Assembly (NCBI RefSeq): GCF_009914755.1
Contig: NC_060925.1
Strand: one strand, 5' to 3'
Source: the human T2T-CHM13v2.0 reference genome, Homo sapiens
DNA length: 64,000 nucleotides
The notes below the pieces were generated by a model. That model searched no databases and was not told where the DNA came from. It saw only the letters and a list, made by a program, of their open reading frames with translations. Below are positions 12,976-29,353 of this stretch, piece after piece. Numbering within the stretch: position 1 is the first letter of the stretch; every line of letters starts with the position of its first letter. The translations under genes and the position numbers were made by a program.

Positions 12976-13424
12976 GTAATGGTGTCTTAAATTCTCAGAG
13001 AATTCTTTTTTTGTTCTCCACACGATCACTTCTGCCTACAAAGACTCTTCCATATCTGAATCTTGGAGTGACATATCATCCTTTTATTCAAATATCCTTC
13101 AGCTGCTTTAATACAGGGAAATCAGCAGTAGGTTCAAAGATATGGTGACAGAAAACTCAATTCTCTAATCATCCTTCCATCAAGATAGGAGCATTGGCTA
13201 TTGCTTCTCCTGGAAGTTATTTTTCCCTGACCGAAGTGGAAATGTCTTTATCCCAAGTTGCAATGTTAAATATCCTTTTGTATTATCATCAGGCTAGAAG
13301 TTCCAGATTTCTGTGGTTTCAGATGAAAGGAAGAGGGGTGGGGATCTTAGTCATTTTAGATAAACAGTAAGAACTTCAAATTGTAAAGCATTTCTTAGGT
13401 ACAAAGCTCTTCTTACATCCTGAA

Positions 13425-13690
13425 ACATTAGTTTTCTCATCTGTAGAGTAATAGAGATAAGTAGATAAGTAAAAGAGATAATGAACTCACAAGTTTGTTT
13501 TAAAGCCTTATTAGCAAGCTAATAAACTAAAGCTAAAGCTAATCTAAAAGCTAAGCTAAAGCTTGCCAATAAGGCTTTAAAACAAACTTATGAGTTTCAT
13601 TCTCTATCTCCCAGATGGGAAACTGAGGCTCAGATAAGTCATATGACTCAAATGGTCAGTCCTGGAAAGAGATAACTTGGGCCCCATTCT
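13425..13690. repeat. Two oppositely oriented MIR pieces enclosing a ~42-bp inverted repeat
   Basis: AGTTTTCTCATCTGTA (+) near 13430 and CAGATGGGAAACTGAGGCTCAGA (-) near 13612. Arms at 13480-13520 and 13560-13601. Confidence 0.75.
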
Positions 13691-13707
13691 CTCTAACTGA
13701 TACTTTC

Positions 13708-16279
<2,572 letters not shown>

Positions 16280-16403
16280 CTATCATTAAAAACCAAGACA
16301 AAGCCCATTTGCTTTGTTTTTAGTACTGAACAGGAACAGTCCTGCCATTCAGGAGTCTCACTGACACGTGCTTGGGAAATGAATTATGTTTCTTTCTTCT
16401 TCT

Positions 16404-16471
16404 AGCTGTGGATTCATGGCCTCACTATATGCAACTAAGCTGTGTATCCATGGCCTCACTATAAGTAACTA
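16404..16471. repeat. 34-bp tandem duplication
   Basis: AGCTGTGGATTCATGGCCTCACTATATGCAACTA / AGCTGTGTATCCATGGCCTCACTATAAGTAACTA, 4 mismatches. Confidence 0.9.
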
Positions 16472-17469
16472 AAATGTACAGGCTCAGAGGGCCCTGCTTT
16501 CAATTCTTTTCTGTAAATTTACAGAGGAAAGAAGACAGAATTCTTACTCTAGCTAACTGGAACTAGAGCTGAGTTAAAAAAAAAATGAATTGTGACAAAT
16601 GCAAACTCTAAGTAGCATGGTACTGTCAGTGGTAGTGGGACTTTGGAGGGCTGGTGACAAACAGCTGCAGGATGCCCTGGAGATGAAAGTGCCTTTTCCT
16701 GAGCTCGCTGGTTGCCTACATAAAGGAGCCTCAGGACCTTCAGGGAAGGAGATGGGACATAGTTCGCCACAAGTGGGACAAGTTTCTATATTTGAATATT
16801 GACCATTGTCTGATGCAAAGACTCTGGTTGACACTACAAATAATCTACAAATAATTACTGAAAAGGCAACAAGATACCTTCATGTAGAACACTTTGCAGG
16901 AAACTGGAAAGCCCTGATGAAACTTCAGTGGAGCAGCAGAATGAGAGAGAGTGGTTCTTGTGTGTGCATGTGTGTGTGTGTGTATGTATATCAGATTGTC
17001 CTTGCAGAAACACAAATTTCTCAGAGCCATGGAAATAGAAATGGAATTTTCCTAGGTTCTCTTAAGGAGAAATGGATGCCAAGATTTAGGGTATAATTAG
17101 AGTTTGTTAAAGTGTGTTCTTGGCAATCACCTATTTAGTAGGTATTTTATGTCTTTTTTTTTCACCCTCCACTTCAAGGTGAGAGTCAATTGTTTGCCAT
17201 TTTTTAGCTTTACTTTAAGTATTTTTAAAGAAGACGTGTTTTGTTGATATGATGAAATATGAGCAAAAAAGTCATGGCATATCTGAAAACCACATTAAGT
17301 GGGTATAGAGTCATGTTTTCTCCCTGGGAGTTCACCAAATATCTACAAAATGTGTTCACAGAGAAATGAGTTAGATTATCATTTGTGATTGACAATAATT
17401 TTCTCAATTCTATAAAATCATATCTACCTCAATGAAGGCAATCTACCCTAAATGCCATGTTGAGCTTAT

Positions 17470-18110
17470 TTGCATAAAAAGCACAAAAATCACCCAGAAA
17501 GTAAGAAGCATAGAGAAACAGAAAATATTCTAATGGGTAAAGATAAGAGATACAGAGGATCAGTATTGAACTTCGATATCCAATTCATAGGAATTCCAGA
17601 AGAATGGAATACAGAAAAGCAAAGGGAGAAAATTACCAAGGAAATAATAGAAGACAGTTTCTCAAGACTCAAGAATGACATAGATTTTTAATTTGAAAGA
17701 GGACCATTGAGAGCCATGTGGAATGAAGGGAGACATCTAGACACAGCAACAAGGGTAAGAGAAGTGACAAAATACCTGATGAAGGAAAGTAAAACATAAC
17801 TTAAAACAAACAAAAAGTACCTAATCTTTCTTACTAGCAGCAGCAGTCCTCCAGGTTCTGAAGAATTATTTGAAATTTAAAATGTGATGGCCTGTGAAAT
17901 AAATCAGGTATCACAAATTAATAAACAGGTGTCCTTTTCAGACACACAGGTAAGTACTCAGAAAGTTTATGTCCTGGAGACTTTGCTGAGAATGTTCCCC
18001 AGAAAAACCAAACAAATAACTAAAAAAAAAAAAAAAAAAAAAGGTGGGAATAAGAATCAGTGGATCTATCTCAGGGACTCAATGAAAATAAAGTACATTT
18101 CTATGATAAT
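17470..18110 (+). mobile_element. Ancient HAL1/L1M ORF1 fragment
   Basis: Translation DIQFIGIPEE...EKITKEIIEDSFSRLK resembles the L1 ORF1p motif NIRIIGIPEGEE...IFKEIIEENFPEL. Confidence 0.7.
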
Positions 18111-18479
18111 GACATTGGGACACTGGGGATTGGCTCTAGATTCCTCACCCCTAAATGTGGGCAGGTATATTCCTTCTCTTAATGTGGGAGAGAGGAACAG
18201 TTAGGAAGTGAATGCCTCTAGATCTTCAGGGACTTCTTGAGTTCTGTGTTTAGTCAATTTCATACCAAGCAAATTGTACTATCTGAACTCTTGTGCGTTT
18301 TATGAAAGTACACACAAATCGATATGGAATATTTTTCATTTACCATAGAATAATGCAATCCTATATTTTATGTGATTGCATTTTTTTGGACCCCAGTCAT
18401 TGAGTAATGGTGTGTTTTCTGTGTATCCCAGAAAAGAAACATTATATGCAATACATGTGAAAAGCAAATGATTCAACAG

Positions 18480-18695
18480 TTTTTTAAACTTTTACTTTAG
18501 GATCAAGGGTACATGTGTGGGTTTCTTATAAAATAAACTCGTGTCACAGGAGTTTGTTGTACAGATTATTTCATTTGTTGTACTGATTATTTCGTACCCA
18601 ACAGATTATTTTTTTTGATCCTCTCCCTCCTCCCAACCTCCACCCTCAGGGGGGCCCTTGTCTGTGGTTCCCCTCTTTGTATCCGTGTGTTCTCA
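18480..18695 (-). mobile_element. Short L1PA (older primate) 3' end with an internal 21-bp duplication
   Basis: ACTTTTACTTTAGGATCAAGGGTACATGTG...GATCCTCTCCCTCCTCCCAACCTCCACCCTC. Confidence 0.8.
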
Positions 18696-18729
18696 AAATG
18701 ATCCGTATTCTTATTGGCAACCTATTACT

Positions 18730-19990
18730 CCCTTACCACTGAGGCATAATTTTGACTTTGCTTCAAGAGCACCATGCCTTCCTGGTTGTCCCAGTACCTC
18801 GTAGCCACTCCTTCTCAGACTCCTTTGCTGGTTCCTTCTTGTTGTTTCATTCTCTAAAATGATGGAAGATCCAGGACACAATTCTTATATTACTTCTTTT
18901 CTCTATCTGTACTCATCACTCTATACTCACTCCCTGGGTGATTTCATCTCATCTCATGGCTTTTGATACCATCTCAATACAGATTAATCTAAAATTAATA
19001 TTTTCATTTCAGAATGTTCCCCAAATTTCAGACTTGTTTATCCAACTGTCTGCCTCTTGTGTGTTTGGTGGGCATATTAGATAGCACCCTCTTGACACAT
19101 CCAAAATGCAACTACAGAACCTTTCAGTAAATGACAACCTCATTCAACAAGGCTTTAAAATGTGCCGTCATCCCTGACTCTTTCTTCCACATCTCACATC
19201 TAATTCCTCAGCAAATCTTGCTGGCTGTACCCTCGAAAACTACCCAGGGTCTGAATGTTTCTTAGCGTCTTCACTGCTATTACCCTCCAAGCCACTATCA
19301 TCTCCTGCTGGAATTATCACAGCCTTCTCCTCACAGTCACCCTGTGTGTGCACTTTGCTTCTCATGTTCTATTCACAAGGCAGCTGCCAGAGGGATCCTC
19401 TTAAAAGGCAAACCAGATCGTGTTATGCTTAAAACCCTCCACTGGCTTCCTAATTCACCCAGTGTAGCAGCCAAAACCATCTCAATGGCCAGCAAAACTT
19501 TACATGATCCCTTGAGGTGACCTCCATTGCCTCTCTGATCTTTCTATTCCTCCCCCTCTTCTCTGTCCATTCCAGTAGATGCCTTGCTTTTCTTCAAGCA
19601 TGCAAGGGAGGTATGCTGCCAGCTCTGAGGCTTTGTATTTCCTGCCTGGATTCTCTTTCCCTGAGTATATCACCTCCCTACCTCCTTCCTGTTCTTGCTG
19701 AAATATCATCTTCTTGGTGAAGCCTTCCCTGACCACCCATCTTAGTTTTCCTTGCATCCCTATCCCCCTTCCCTCCTTTTTTTTTAAACCTTTGTCAATA
19801 TTATCACTACCTGAATTACTATATAAATTTACTTATTTATTGGTTTGTTGTCTCTTCCTATGCAAACTGAGATGTAGTTTTCCAAAGGCCAGAAGTTTTT
19901 GTTTGTTGCTGCACCCTAGGTTTTAGAATGGTTGCTGATACTTAATAGGTGTTCCGTAAATATCTGCTGAATAAATTGTTGAACAAATAC
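18730..19990 (+). mobile_element. L2 (L2a-like)
   Basis: CACTCCCTGGGTGATTTCATCTCATCTCATGGCTTT..., GCTTAAAACCCTCCACTGGCTTCC, 3' end AAATATCTGCTGAATAAAT. Confidence 0.8.
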
Positions 19991-20208
19991 ATTGGCTTCA
20001 AGTAAAACGTTAAAGATGAATGGAACAGATTAAAAGAAATGAATAAAACAAGTGAAGTGCTGAAGAATATTAGGAATATGGTTAAGAAGGCATATATTTC
20101 TGCTCTCAATTTGAAATAACATATAGTTATATCTACACTATGTAGTGAACATTCTTACAAACAAGTAGTATAAAGGAACATGGAAAAATAAAAACAATTT
20201 TTTTAGTA

Positions 20209-20497
20209 TTTTTTTTTTTTATGAGACAGAGTTTCACCATGTCATCCAGGCTGGAGTGTAGTGGCATGATCACAGCTCACCGTAACCTCAATCTCCTGGG
20301 CTCAAGTGATTCTCCCATTTTAGCGTCTTGAGTAGCTGGGACCATCAGCTCATGCCACCATGCCTGGCTCATTTTTTAATTTTTTTTTTGTAGAGACAGG
20401 TTATCATTATGTTGTGTAAGCTGGTCTCGAACTCTTGGGCTAAGGTGATCTTCCTACTTCAGCCCCCTGGAATTATGGATGTGAGCCATTGTGCCCA
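20209..20497 (-). mobile_element. AluJ
   Basis: Poly-T then GAGACAGAG...GATCACAGCTCAC...CTCCTGGGCTCAAGTGAT. Confidence 0.9.
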
Positions 20498-20649
20498 TCA
20501 TCTAGACATTAATTTTTAAACATTTTCTTAAAAGTCAATGAAAATTGGAGTTACTTTTACATGGACCAGAGTTTAGCTGATTCCAAACTGTAAAAGCTAC
20601 AAACTTAAAGAATCTTTTCTGTGAACAGTACTTTGGTTTTTTTTGATTC

Positions 20650-20790
20650 AGTGCAGTGGATTTGGTCTCAAGGAAGATGAGCTTGAACATCACCTGGAAG
20701 TTTGTTAGAAATGTCAGTTCTCAGACCACACTCCAATCTGCTGTGTCAGAAACTCTGGGGATGTCTCACTTGCATTCCTTGAACCACTGG
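20650..20790. mobile_element. MER5-family fragment
   Basis: CATCACCTGGAAGTTTGTTAGAAATG...TCAGAAACTCTGGGG...GAACCACTG. Confidence 0.65.
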
Positions 20791-20959
20791 CTTGGTGGGT
20801 GTGGAATGTTGTTCTTACTCATCATTTCCTCTCTTAGACATTTTTTCTCCCTCCTCACAATGTACGCACACACACATCATCATCATCACCATCATCGTCG
20901 TCATTACTGGACCAGTCTTACTACCCATTATGTCTTCTTAATTATCATTATCCATTATC

Positions 20960-22795
20960 CTCTGCTCCCTATACAAAGTAATATTTTTCCCATCTTAAAA
21001 CACCAAACAAAAATTTAAAAAAATCCTTCTCTTGAACTTCCTTTTTCTTCTACTCACTCTTCCATTTCTCCCCTTCCTTTTGCAGCAGAACTCTAAGAAA
21101 TTCTCCAAAAATTCTCCCTTTTTTTTGTGAACCCACTAAACTAGACTTTTACTGATACTTCTTTCCTAAAACTGCTTTTACCATCACTTCACTTTGTTAA
21201 ATCCAATGAGTGATGTTTGCCCTTCATCCTACCTGAACTGCCAGCAGCATCTGATAATTTATCACACTTTCTTTCTTTCTCTCATAACTTCAAGTCACCA
21301 CACTCTCTCAATTTTTCTTCAACTCAGTCATTTTTGCTAGTACCTTCTCATGTATTTGAGTACTAAACATGTTCTATTTCATTCTATGCCCATTCCTACA
21401 TGGTTTTGTCTACTACCATGGCTTTAAATACCATCTATATGTTGATGACTCCCAAATTTCTGTCCCTAGACCCAACTGGCACCCTGAATTCTAGAGTTCA
21501 AACGGACACTCAAATATTTACTCACCATATTCATTTTGATGATTAATAGGCATCCAAAATGGAGCTCCTGTATATTCCAACCCATACCTCCTTCTTTATG
21601 GTCATTCCTATTTGAGTTGATGGTAACCTCATTCTTCCATGAGCAATGGCCAGAAACCTTGAGTTACCCTTGGCTTTTTTTTCTCTTTCACACCACGTCC
21701 AAGCTGACAGCAAACTCTGTTGGCTCTACGTCAAAATGCATCCAGAATTTGACCACTTAACATCTTCTCCACTGCCATTACTCTGCTCCACGCCATCATT
21801 AATGTTGCCTGGATCATGTAGGAGCCTCCTAACTGGTTTTGCCTCTTCTCTTGTCCCATGGAGTTAATTTGAGAATAAACAGCACCAGATTGATCCTGCC
21901 AAACCTTAGTTAAATCTTATCACTCTTCGACTCAAATCCTTTCAGCGATGTCGTCTCTAGCTCAGAATACAAAACAAAGCCCTTATAATGATTTAAAAAC
22001 TCTTCCATGATGAGCCCACGATTATCTTTTGGATCTAAATTCCTACTCACACTGTTCTTGCCACACTAACCTCTTTGCCATTTGCTTAAACACTCCAGAC
22101 ATATAATTCCACTCCAGGTGGTTTTCCCTACACTTGCTGCTCTCTTCGCCTGGAGTGTTTTCCTCCAGGTATTCACATTGCTTCCTTCCTCATGTCCCTG
22201 AAGTCATTACTCAAAGATCACAATTCTGATGGCATGTTATCGTACATTATAATTCTCTCCGCTGCAGTTTCACTCTCCCTTTCATTTCTTTTCTTTTTTC
22301 TTTTTTTTTGAGACCGAGTTACTCTGTCACCCAGGCTGGAGTGCAGTGGTGCAATCTTGGCTCACTGCCACCTCCACCCTCCCAGGCTCAAGGGATTCTC
22401 CTGCCTCAGCCTCTGAAGTAGCTGAAATTACAGGCGCCCACCACCACGCCTGTCTAATTTTTGCATTTTTAGTACAGACAGGGTTTCACTATGTTGGCCA
22501 CACTGGTTTCGAACTCCTGGTCTCAAGTGATCTGCCTGCCCTAGCCTACCAACGTGCTGGGATTAAAGATGTGAACCACCGTGCCCGGCCTATTGCCTTT
22601 CATTTATTTTCTTCTTGCCTTACAACTCAGCACTATACAACATTCGGTTCATTTTATCTACTTGTGTTGCTCATTGTCTCTCTTCCTTACTAGAATATAA
22701 ACTTGAGCAAGGTGGAAATCGTGCCACTTTTGCTGTATCCCAGCATCTACAGCAGTGCCTGGCACATGCTAGGGACTTCATGCGTATTTATTGGA
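20960..22795 (+). mobile_element. L2 interrupted by an Alu
   Basis: CCATGGCTTTAAATACCATCTATATGTTGATGACTCCCAAATTT, 3' CAGTGCCTGGCACATG. Confidence 0.8.
22285..22590 (-). mobile_element. Alu (old S or Jb)
   Basis: Full antisense Alu ending GTGCCCGGCC. Confidence 0.92.
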
Positions 22796-23364
22796 AAACA
22801 AAAATGAAAAACGTGAGCTCTTCATTTCAAAAAAAGTATTTCCACTCATCCACAGGTCTAAGGAATAATTTAAAATTCTTGTACTTTTAACAAAGAATTT
22901 ACGTGTTTTTGTGATAACTTTGTTAAAGCCTATGCCTCCCTCTTGTTTCTTAGCAACATGAGGACTGCATCTGGGTCTGTTTTGCTTACAACTGTCTAGG
23001 GCAAGGACTAAGTGAGGGAAGCAAAGTATTTGTTTTGGGCATAAAAATAAATTTGGGATTGGCGGTGGGTAGAAGAACAAGGCCAAAGGACTCCATAATC
23101 AAGATAGATTATATATTTTAATGAAAGATTTTTAAAAAGTCAAAATTAATGCAAAAATCTGCGATAACATCATACCCAAATTTTGAGTAAAATTGGATCA
23201 GTATCACCAATTTCCTTCACCTCAAATTCCAATATGACTCTGTTTGGTGTTGATTGTATCCATTGGCACCTGATAATCATTTGTTGAATGAATAAATAAA
23301 CCCAGCAAAGGTGTGGTAGGGTAAGAGGATATCTCTTGTGCTTTGGCTTTAATAACTAGAACAA

Positions 23365-23560
23365 CCGACACTGACTATGGCTCAGGCACTGATCAAAGTG
23401 TCATACACATATGACAACTTATGTAAGCCCTCCCCAAACCCTATAAATAGTTATTATAATTAGCATCCCCATTTTACAGATACAGAAACTGAGGTCTAGA
23501 GAGACAAAACAACTTGTGTGAGTTCATACACTAGTAAGTGGCAGAGCTAGGCTTGATAGT
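23365..23560 (-). mobile_element. MIR
   Basis: ATCCCCATTTTACAGATACAGAAACTGAGGTCTAGAGAG...CTAGTAAGTGGCAGAGC. Confidence 0.85.
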
Positions 23561-23970
23561 AGCATTGTCAGGTCTTCCATGGACAGGAAACCTGATGGGT
23601 CTGCAAGATACCAGGAAACATTCCAGGAAAAGGGAATCTAAGCAAATTCCTTTTAACATTATACAGCAAGTTTGTACAGACACCATAATGAATCATGAAA
23701 ACACAGGAAAAAGCAGATGTCATGATCCAAACACTAGGCTGGAGAAACTAATGTGGAATTATTTTATGAAGCATGTCAAACATATGGAAGAAATTACAAA
23801 GCAGGGCCATTATAGTTGTTTTGCTTTGTTTTGCTTTTTAGGTACCATTGGCTTCAAGAGCCAAGGTATAGTATAGAAAAAGAAAAAAATGAAGGGAAGA
23901 GAAATTATCCTATCCTCTGTAGTAGCAGACAGAGGTTGCTCTGATTTTTTTTTCATTATAAACTTTAAAC

Positions 23971-24573
23971 CAGGGGTTCTCAACACCCTGGACCATGGAC
24001 CAATATTGGTCCATGCCCTGTTAAGAACTGGGCCACACAGCAGAAGGTGAGCAGTGGATGAATGAACTTCATCAATATTTACTACATCTATGTCTATATT
24101 TACTGTATCTATATTACTATGTTCATATCTATATATACTTGATCTATATCTATATTTACAGCTGCTTCCCATCACTCGTATTACCGCCTGAGCTCTGCCT
24201 CCTGTCAGATCAGCTGTGGCATTAGATTCTCCTAAGAGTGTGAGCCTTATTGTAAACTGTGCATGTGAGGGTTCTAGGTTGCACACTCCTTATAAGAATC
24301 TAATGCCTGATGATTTGTCACTGTCTCCCATCACCCCCAGATGGGACCGCTTAGTTGCAGGAAAATAGGCTCAGGGCTCCAACTGATTCTACATTATGGT
24401 GAGTTGTATAATTCTTTCATTGTATATTACAATGTAATAATAATAGAAATAACGTACGCAATAAATATAATGTGCTTGAATCAATCCAAAACCATCCCCT
24501 CCTCAAACGGTCAGTGGAAAAAACAGTCTTCCATAAAACCAGTCCCTGGTGCCAAAAGAGTTGGGGACCGCTG
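23971..24573 (+). mobile_element. MER1A (hAT-Charlie), complete, with internal expansion
   Basis: Termini CAGGGGTTCTCAAC...GTTGGGGACCGCTG, degenerate 8-bp TSD CTTTAAAC/CCTTAAGC. Confidence 0.88.
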
Positions 24574-26767
24574 CCTTAAGCCATCTTTCCCAGTGAGAAA
24601 TTATTTATGGCATCCTTAGGAGAATTCAAGCACCTCACTATGCTCTAAATGGTTTTGCATATAAATGGTGAGATCACAGGTGGAGATCACTTGCTAGAGA
24701 TTATTTACCAGTCTATTCATAGCAAATGCCATTGACTTTAGCCACACTAATTTGGAATTTATGCTACAGGGGTTCTGTTGAGGTTTATTATACTATAGAA
24801 TAATTACCATTCAAAATGTGTAAGCAAGTTTTTAGGAAGTAACATTAACGTATTTAATCTAATATAATCTCTATACCCTTATCAGAGCATGGCCTCCCTT
24901 GCTGTGTGTGAAATAGTTTTATTGCATTTCTTGAATGTTGGGTGATAACAGATATAACAGATGACAGATATAAGTCTTACAGAAACACATTAAGGATAAA
25001 CAAATGTGGGAGGACTTTCCTGTTTGAAGTCTATATTTTGAAACAAGTGGCAAAATACTTGAGTAGTCACATCAATTTGAATTCCAGGCCTTCAGCAAAA
25101 GCTTTTGATTCCCCTTTCCTGATCCTTCCCAAACCTTGCCTGCAGATGTATATTCAACTTGGACCCTGAAGCCACAGGCTCACCCTCCTGGGTGCCAAAA
25201 CTATTCACACTGGCAGTTCCACCTATGTATTTGCACTAGAAAAAAATAAGAAAATAGAAAAGTAAAATAATAATAACAAGAAAATAAAAAAAATGTATCC
25301 AACCTTGGTCTCCAAGTGCAAGTTTGTATTTTAATCTAACTTATTTTAAGATGTGTTAAAATAAAGTCAGATTTTCTTTACTCCTCTTTTAGTTTTACAT
25401 GAATTTCTGGGACCCTTTGGGAGCCCAAGGGGATTGACACTCTGCTTAGTGGTTTTTACAAGACTCTGTGGGTGCTTACACACCAGCACGAATTTTTTGT
25501 CATGTGTTCTTGGGAAGTGAGAATCAGATTTGTTGATTTTTGCTAGATGCAGGGAATGATTCTCGTCCATAGTCACTGAAAGCTCCTGTGGAAATAGACG
25601 CATTTTAAAGCAATGATTTCAAAAGAGGAACATAGGCCCAAAGTGCCATTTTTCAATGTAAGCTGTAAACTTACTTAGTATCTCTCAACAGGAAAATAAG
25701 ATTCAGGGAATGCTGAGACCAGGTTCCTTTGATATTTCTTCAACTAAGCGTATGGCTCTAAGAAAAAGCAGGAGATTTATAATAGCGGTTCTGTTAGGCA
25801 ATATCAAACTAGATTGCAGTCCTAAGTTACAGGCTGTAAGACGGCTGAGGCAAACTTGCTAAAATCGCTCTGCTATAAATTAGTTGTGTGGCCTTGGGCA
25901 AGATGTTTCTCTTTTCTGGGACTTGGAGTTTTGTGGGGTTTTTCTTCCCTCTATAATTTTTTTCTCACATTTATGTAAGATGAAATTAATAAGTTCTCAG
26001 ATATAATTTCATTCATCCATTTGCTGAACAAATAAATGTATATTGATCGTCTACTTTGGTACCAGGCTATGACCAGGTGCTGATAATTCAGTGACAACTA
26101 GGACCAAGCTAGAGTTTAGAATTTAGTGATGAAGGACATACATTAATCAAACATCATTTGAAAGGAAAGTTATAAATGTAATAACTTCAAAGGGGGAAAA
26201 TGCTTTGAGCTAAGAAAGCATCTATTAATAAAAGGGGAAATTGAGCTAGTCTACCATGGGTGTTATATTTTGTGCAAGGGATAATTTAGGAAAAATAAAG
26301 TGTTTATGATCATATTTTTTGACTCAAAAATAGTTTTACTAAATTTCATAGAACAAAATTTATGTTCTTATTTCATAATAGGGAGAAAAAATGTTTTAGT
26401 AGCATATATGAGAACTGAATTTCCTATAGGTAAAAATACAATTTCATTAGGAAAAACTAAGCTCTCAAAGCCTACATATAGATGAGAGAGAAAATGGGCC
26501 ACATTTCTTCACAGCACTGAAGATGTAGGATAAGGAGAGGCAATGTCTGGAGTGGAGTGGCCAAGATGACAGATGGTGAAGCAATGTGAGATGTGTCGCT
26601 CTTATGATCCTTTAGGCATTAGAGCTACTAAATCCCACAAATCAATGCTGTGCGTCTTCGGGCTTTCACAAAAGTATAGCACTGGATTTGAGGTAAAGTT
26701 CAATAAAATTTCTGTGGGGAAGTGGGTCCAGAAAAATGTCTGAATTATACTGTAATTCAAATTATAT

Positions 26768-27110
<343 letters not shown>

Positions 27111-27319
27111 ATGCTATATTAAGTAGAAGAGTGCTAAAGAGAAAATCGACCCTGGTTTTTAACTAATGAAATGGTATCTGGTCTCTCTGATGCTTGTATT
27201 CACATCCTCTCAGCTTCACTTCAATGTGGACTTCAACACACCTAATGACAATAGTATTTTCTCTTATGTGTACATTTCTTTTTACAGGTAGAGGACCACT
27301 CACTTGTCAAATTTGTTTG

Positions 27320-27626
27320 TACCTAGAAGTGAGCAGATGAACACCTCGGGGCATCCCTTAGGGAATGTGGGAGCAGATGAATAAATTCCCAAGCTGATCC
27401 TCAGGTGAACAATTCTAAAAGGCAATAATAAGCTTTTCATAAGGCCTCCAGCAAGACCAAGTGTTCATTACCCATAGCAGTGACTTACTAAAAAATTAGG
27501 TTTTCCCTTTTTCATTATTCTTTCCATTCCTTCTCTCCTGCTCCTTGGAATTACTCCTCAAATTGACTATCTACAGACAAGTCCTTATCTCAGGATTTGC
27601 TTTGGGGAGAAAGCCAAAGTATGACA
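27320..27626 (+). mobile_element. ERVL LTR (LTR16-like)
   Basis: 3' end CAAGTCCTTATCTCAGGATTTGCTTTGGGGAGAAAGCCAAAGTATGACA. Confidence 0.65.
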
Positions 27627-27739
27627 AATAATAAAACCTGTGCATTATTTGGAAGAAAGCAACCTGGATGCAGCTTTCTATCTTTTGACCTCTGAATTTG
27701 TTAAGTCCTTTGGAATTCACAAGCTGATGTCATATTATT

Positions 27740-27860
27740 ATTGCATTTCATCCTTGAAATTATCCTGAGTAAGAATTATTATTATCCTCACTGTACAGAT
27801 GGAGAAACTAAGGCTCAAAGTGAGGAAGTGACAAGTGACTTGCTCAACGGCATGTGGAAG
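27740..27860 (-). mobile_element. MIR
   Basis: ATTATTATCCTCACTGTACAGATGGAGAAACTAAGGCTCA. Confidence 0.75.
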
Positions 27861-28335
27861 TTGCCCACATAGACCTAAGATTAGGTAATCCATTCAATAC
27901 AACCTTCATGACATGCCTATTATGCGCCAGGCCCTGATCTAGTCACAGACGCTATCTCTTCCCCTTTTCCCCCTGGACTCTCTCTCTCTATGTCATAGGT
28001 TCTCTTCTTTCATTGGGCTGCCCTAGATCAAGTCCAGAAAAAAAGGGGCACACTGGGCTCAGAAGCCTCCAGCCCCTGGAAGGACTAATTGTTAGGACAC
28101 TCAGGGTGCCATCTTCCCAGTGATGCTTCTGCCCTCAGAGGGCCAGAGACCCAATTTCTTCTCCCTTTACCTCAGAGGTGGCTTTGCCTCTGCCTTGATT
28201 TTACGCTTTGAGGCACGCTCAGGCTGACAGCCTAGGATCAACAATTCTAAAAAGACTCCTCATCAAAAAGGTTGTCTTGGTAGCTTTTCTAATTCCTCTG
28301 GTTGGTAAGTGTTACAATGTTATGATTGAAATTAG

Positions 28336-28576
<241 letters not shown>

Positions 28577-28742
28577 TGAATATTAAGTTATTCTTAAACC
28601 ACAGATAGGGAACAACCAAGTACAAATGGTCTAATTCCTAAAAATGAACCATAAATGGGCATAAAATTTAAGTAAATGATCCTGATTTGGATCAATAATA
28701 CTGAACTGCCAGCCGGCAAACTAATGTGTATGCCCTTCTTTA

Positions 28743-29129
<387 letters not shown>

Positions 29130-29353
29130 TCATTTTAATATCTTACTTCATAACATCTCCATACAGTACTTAACAATTTTACATGGTATAAATTTTGTAT
29201 ACTATAGCAAAGGGAAATAAATGATTATACATATAAGACATCATGTATATATATCACTATATAATTACATATAAATACATCTCTCTCTTTATATAAAAGT
29301 ACTTATGTCTAACCATATGTATAGAATTATATACATACATATATACACACAGA

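Noticed and set aside
23994-24015. 22-bp perfect palindrome CATGGACCAATATTGGTCCATG
   Set aside because: Corresponds to the native subterminal palindrome of MER1 after CpG decay.
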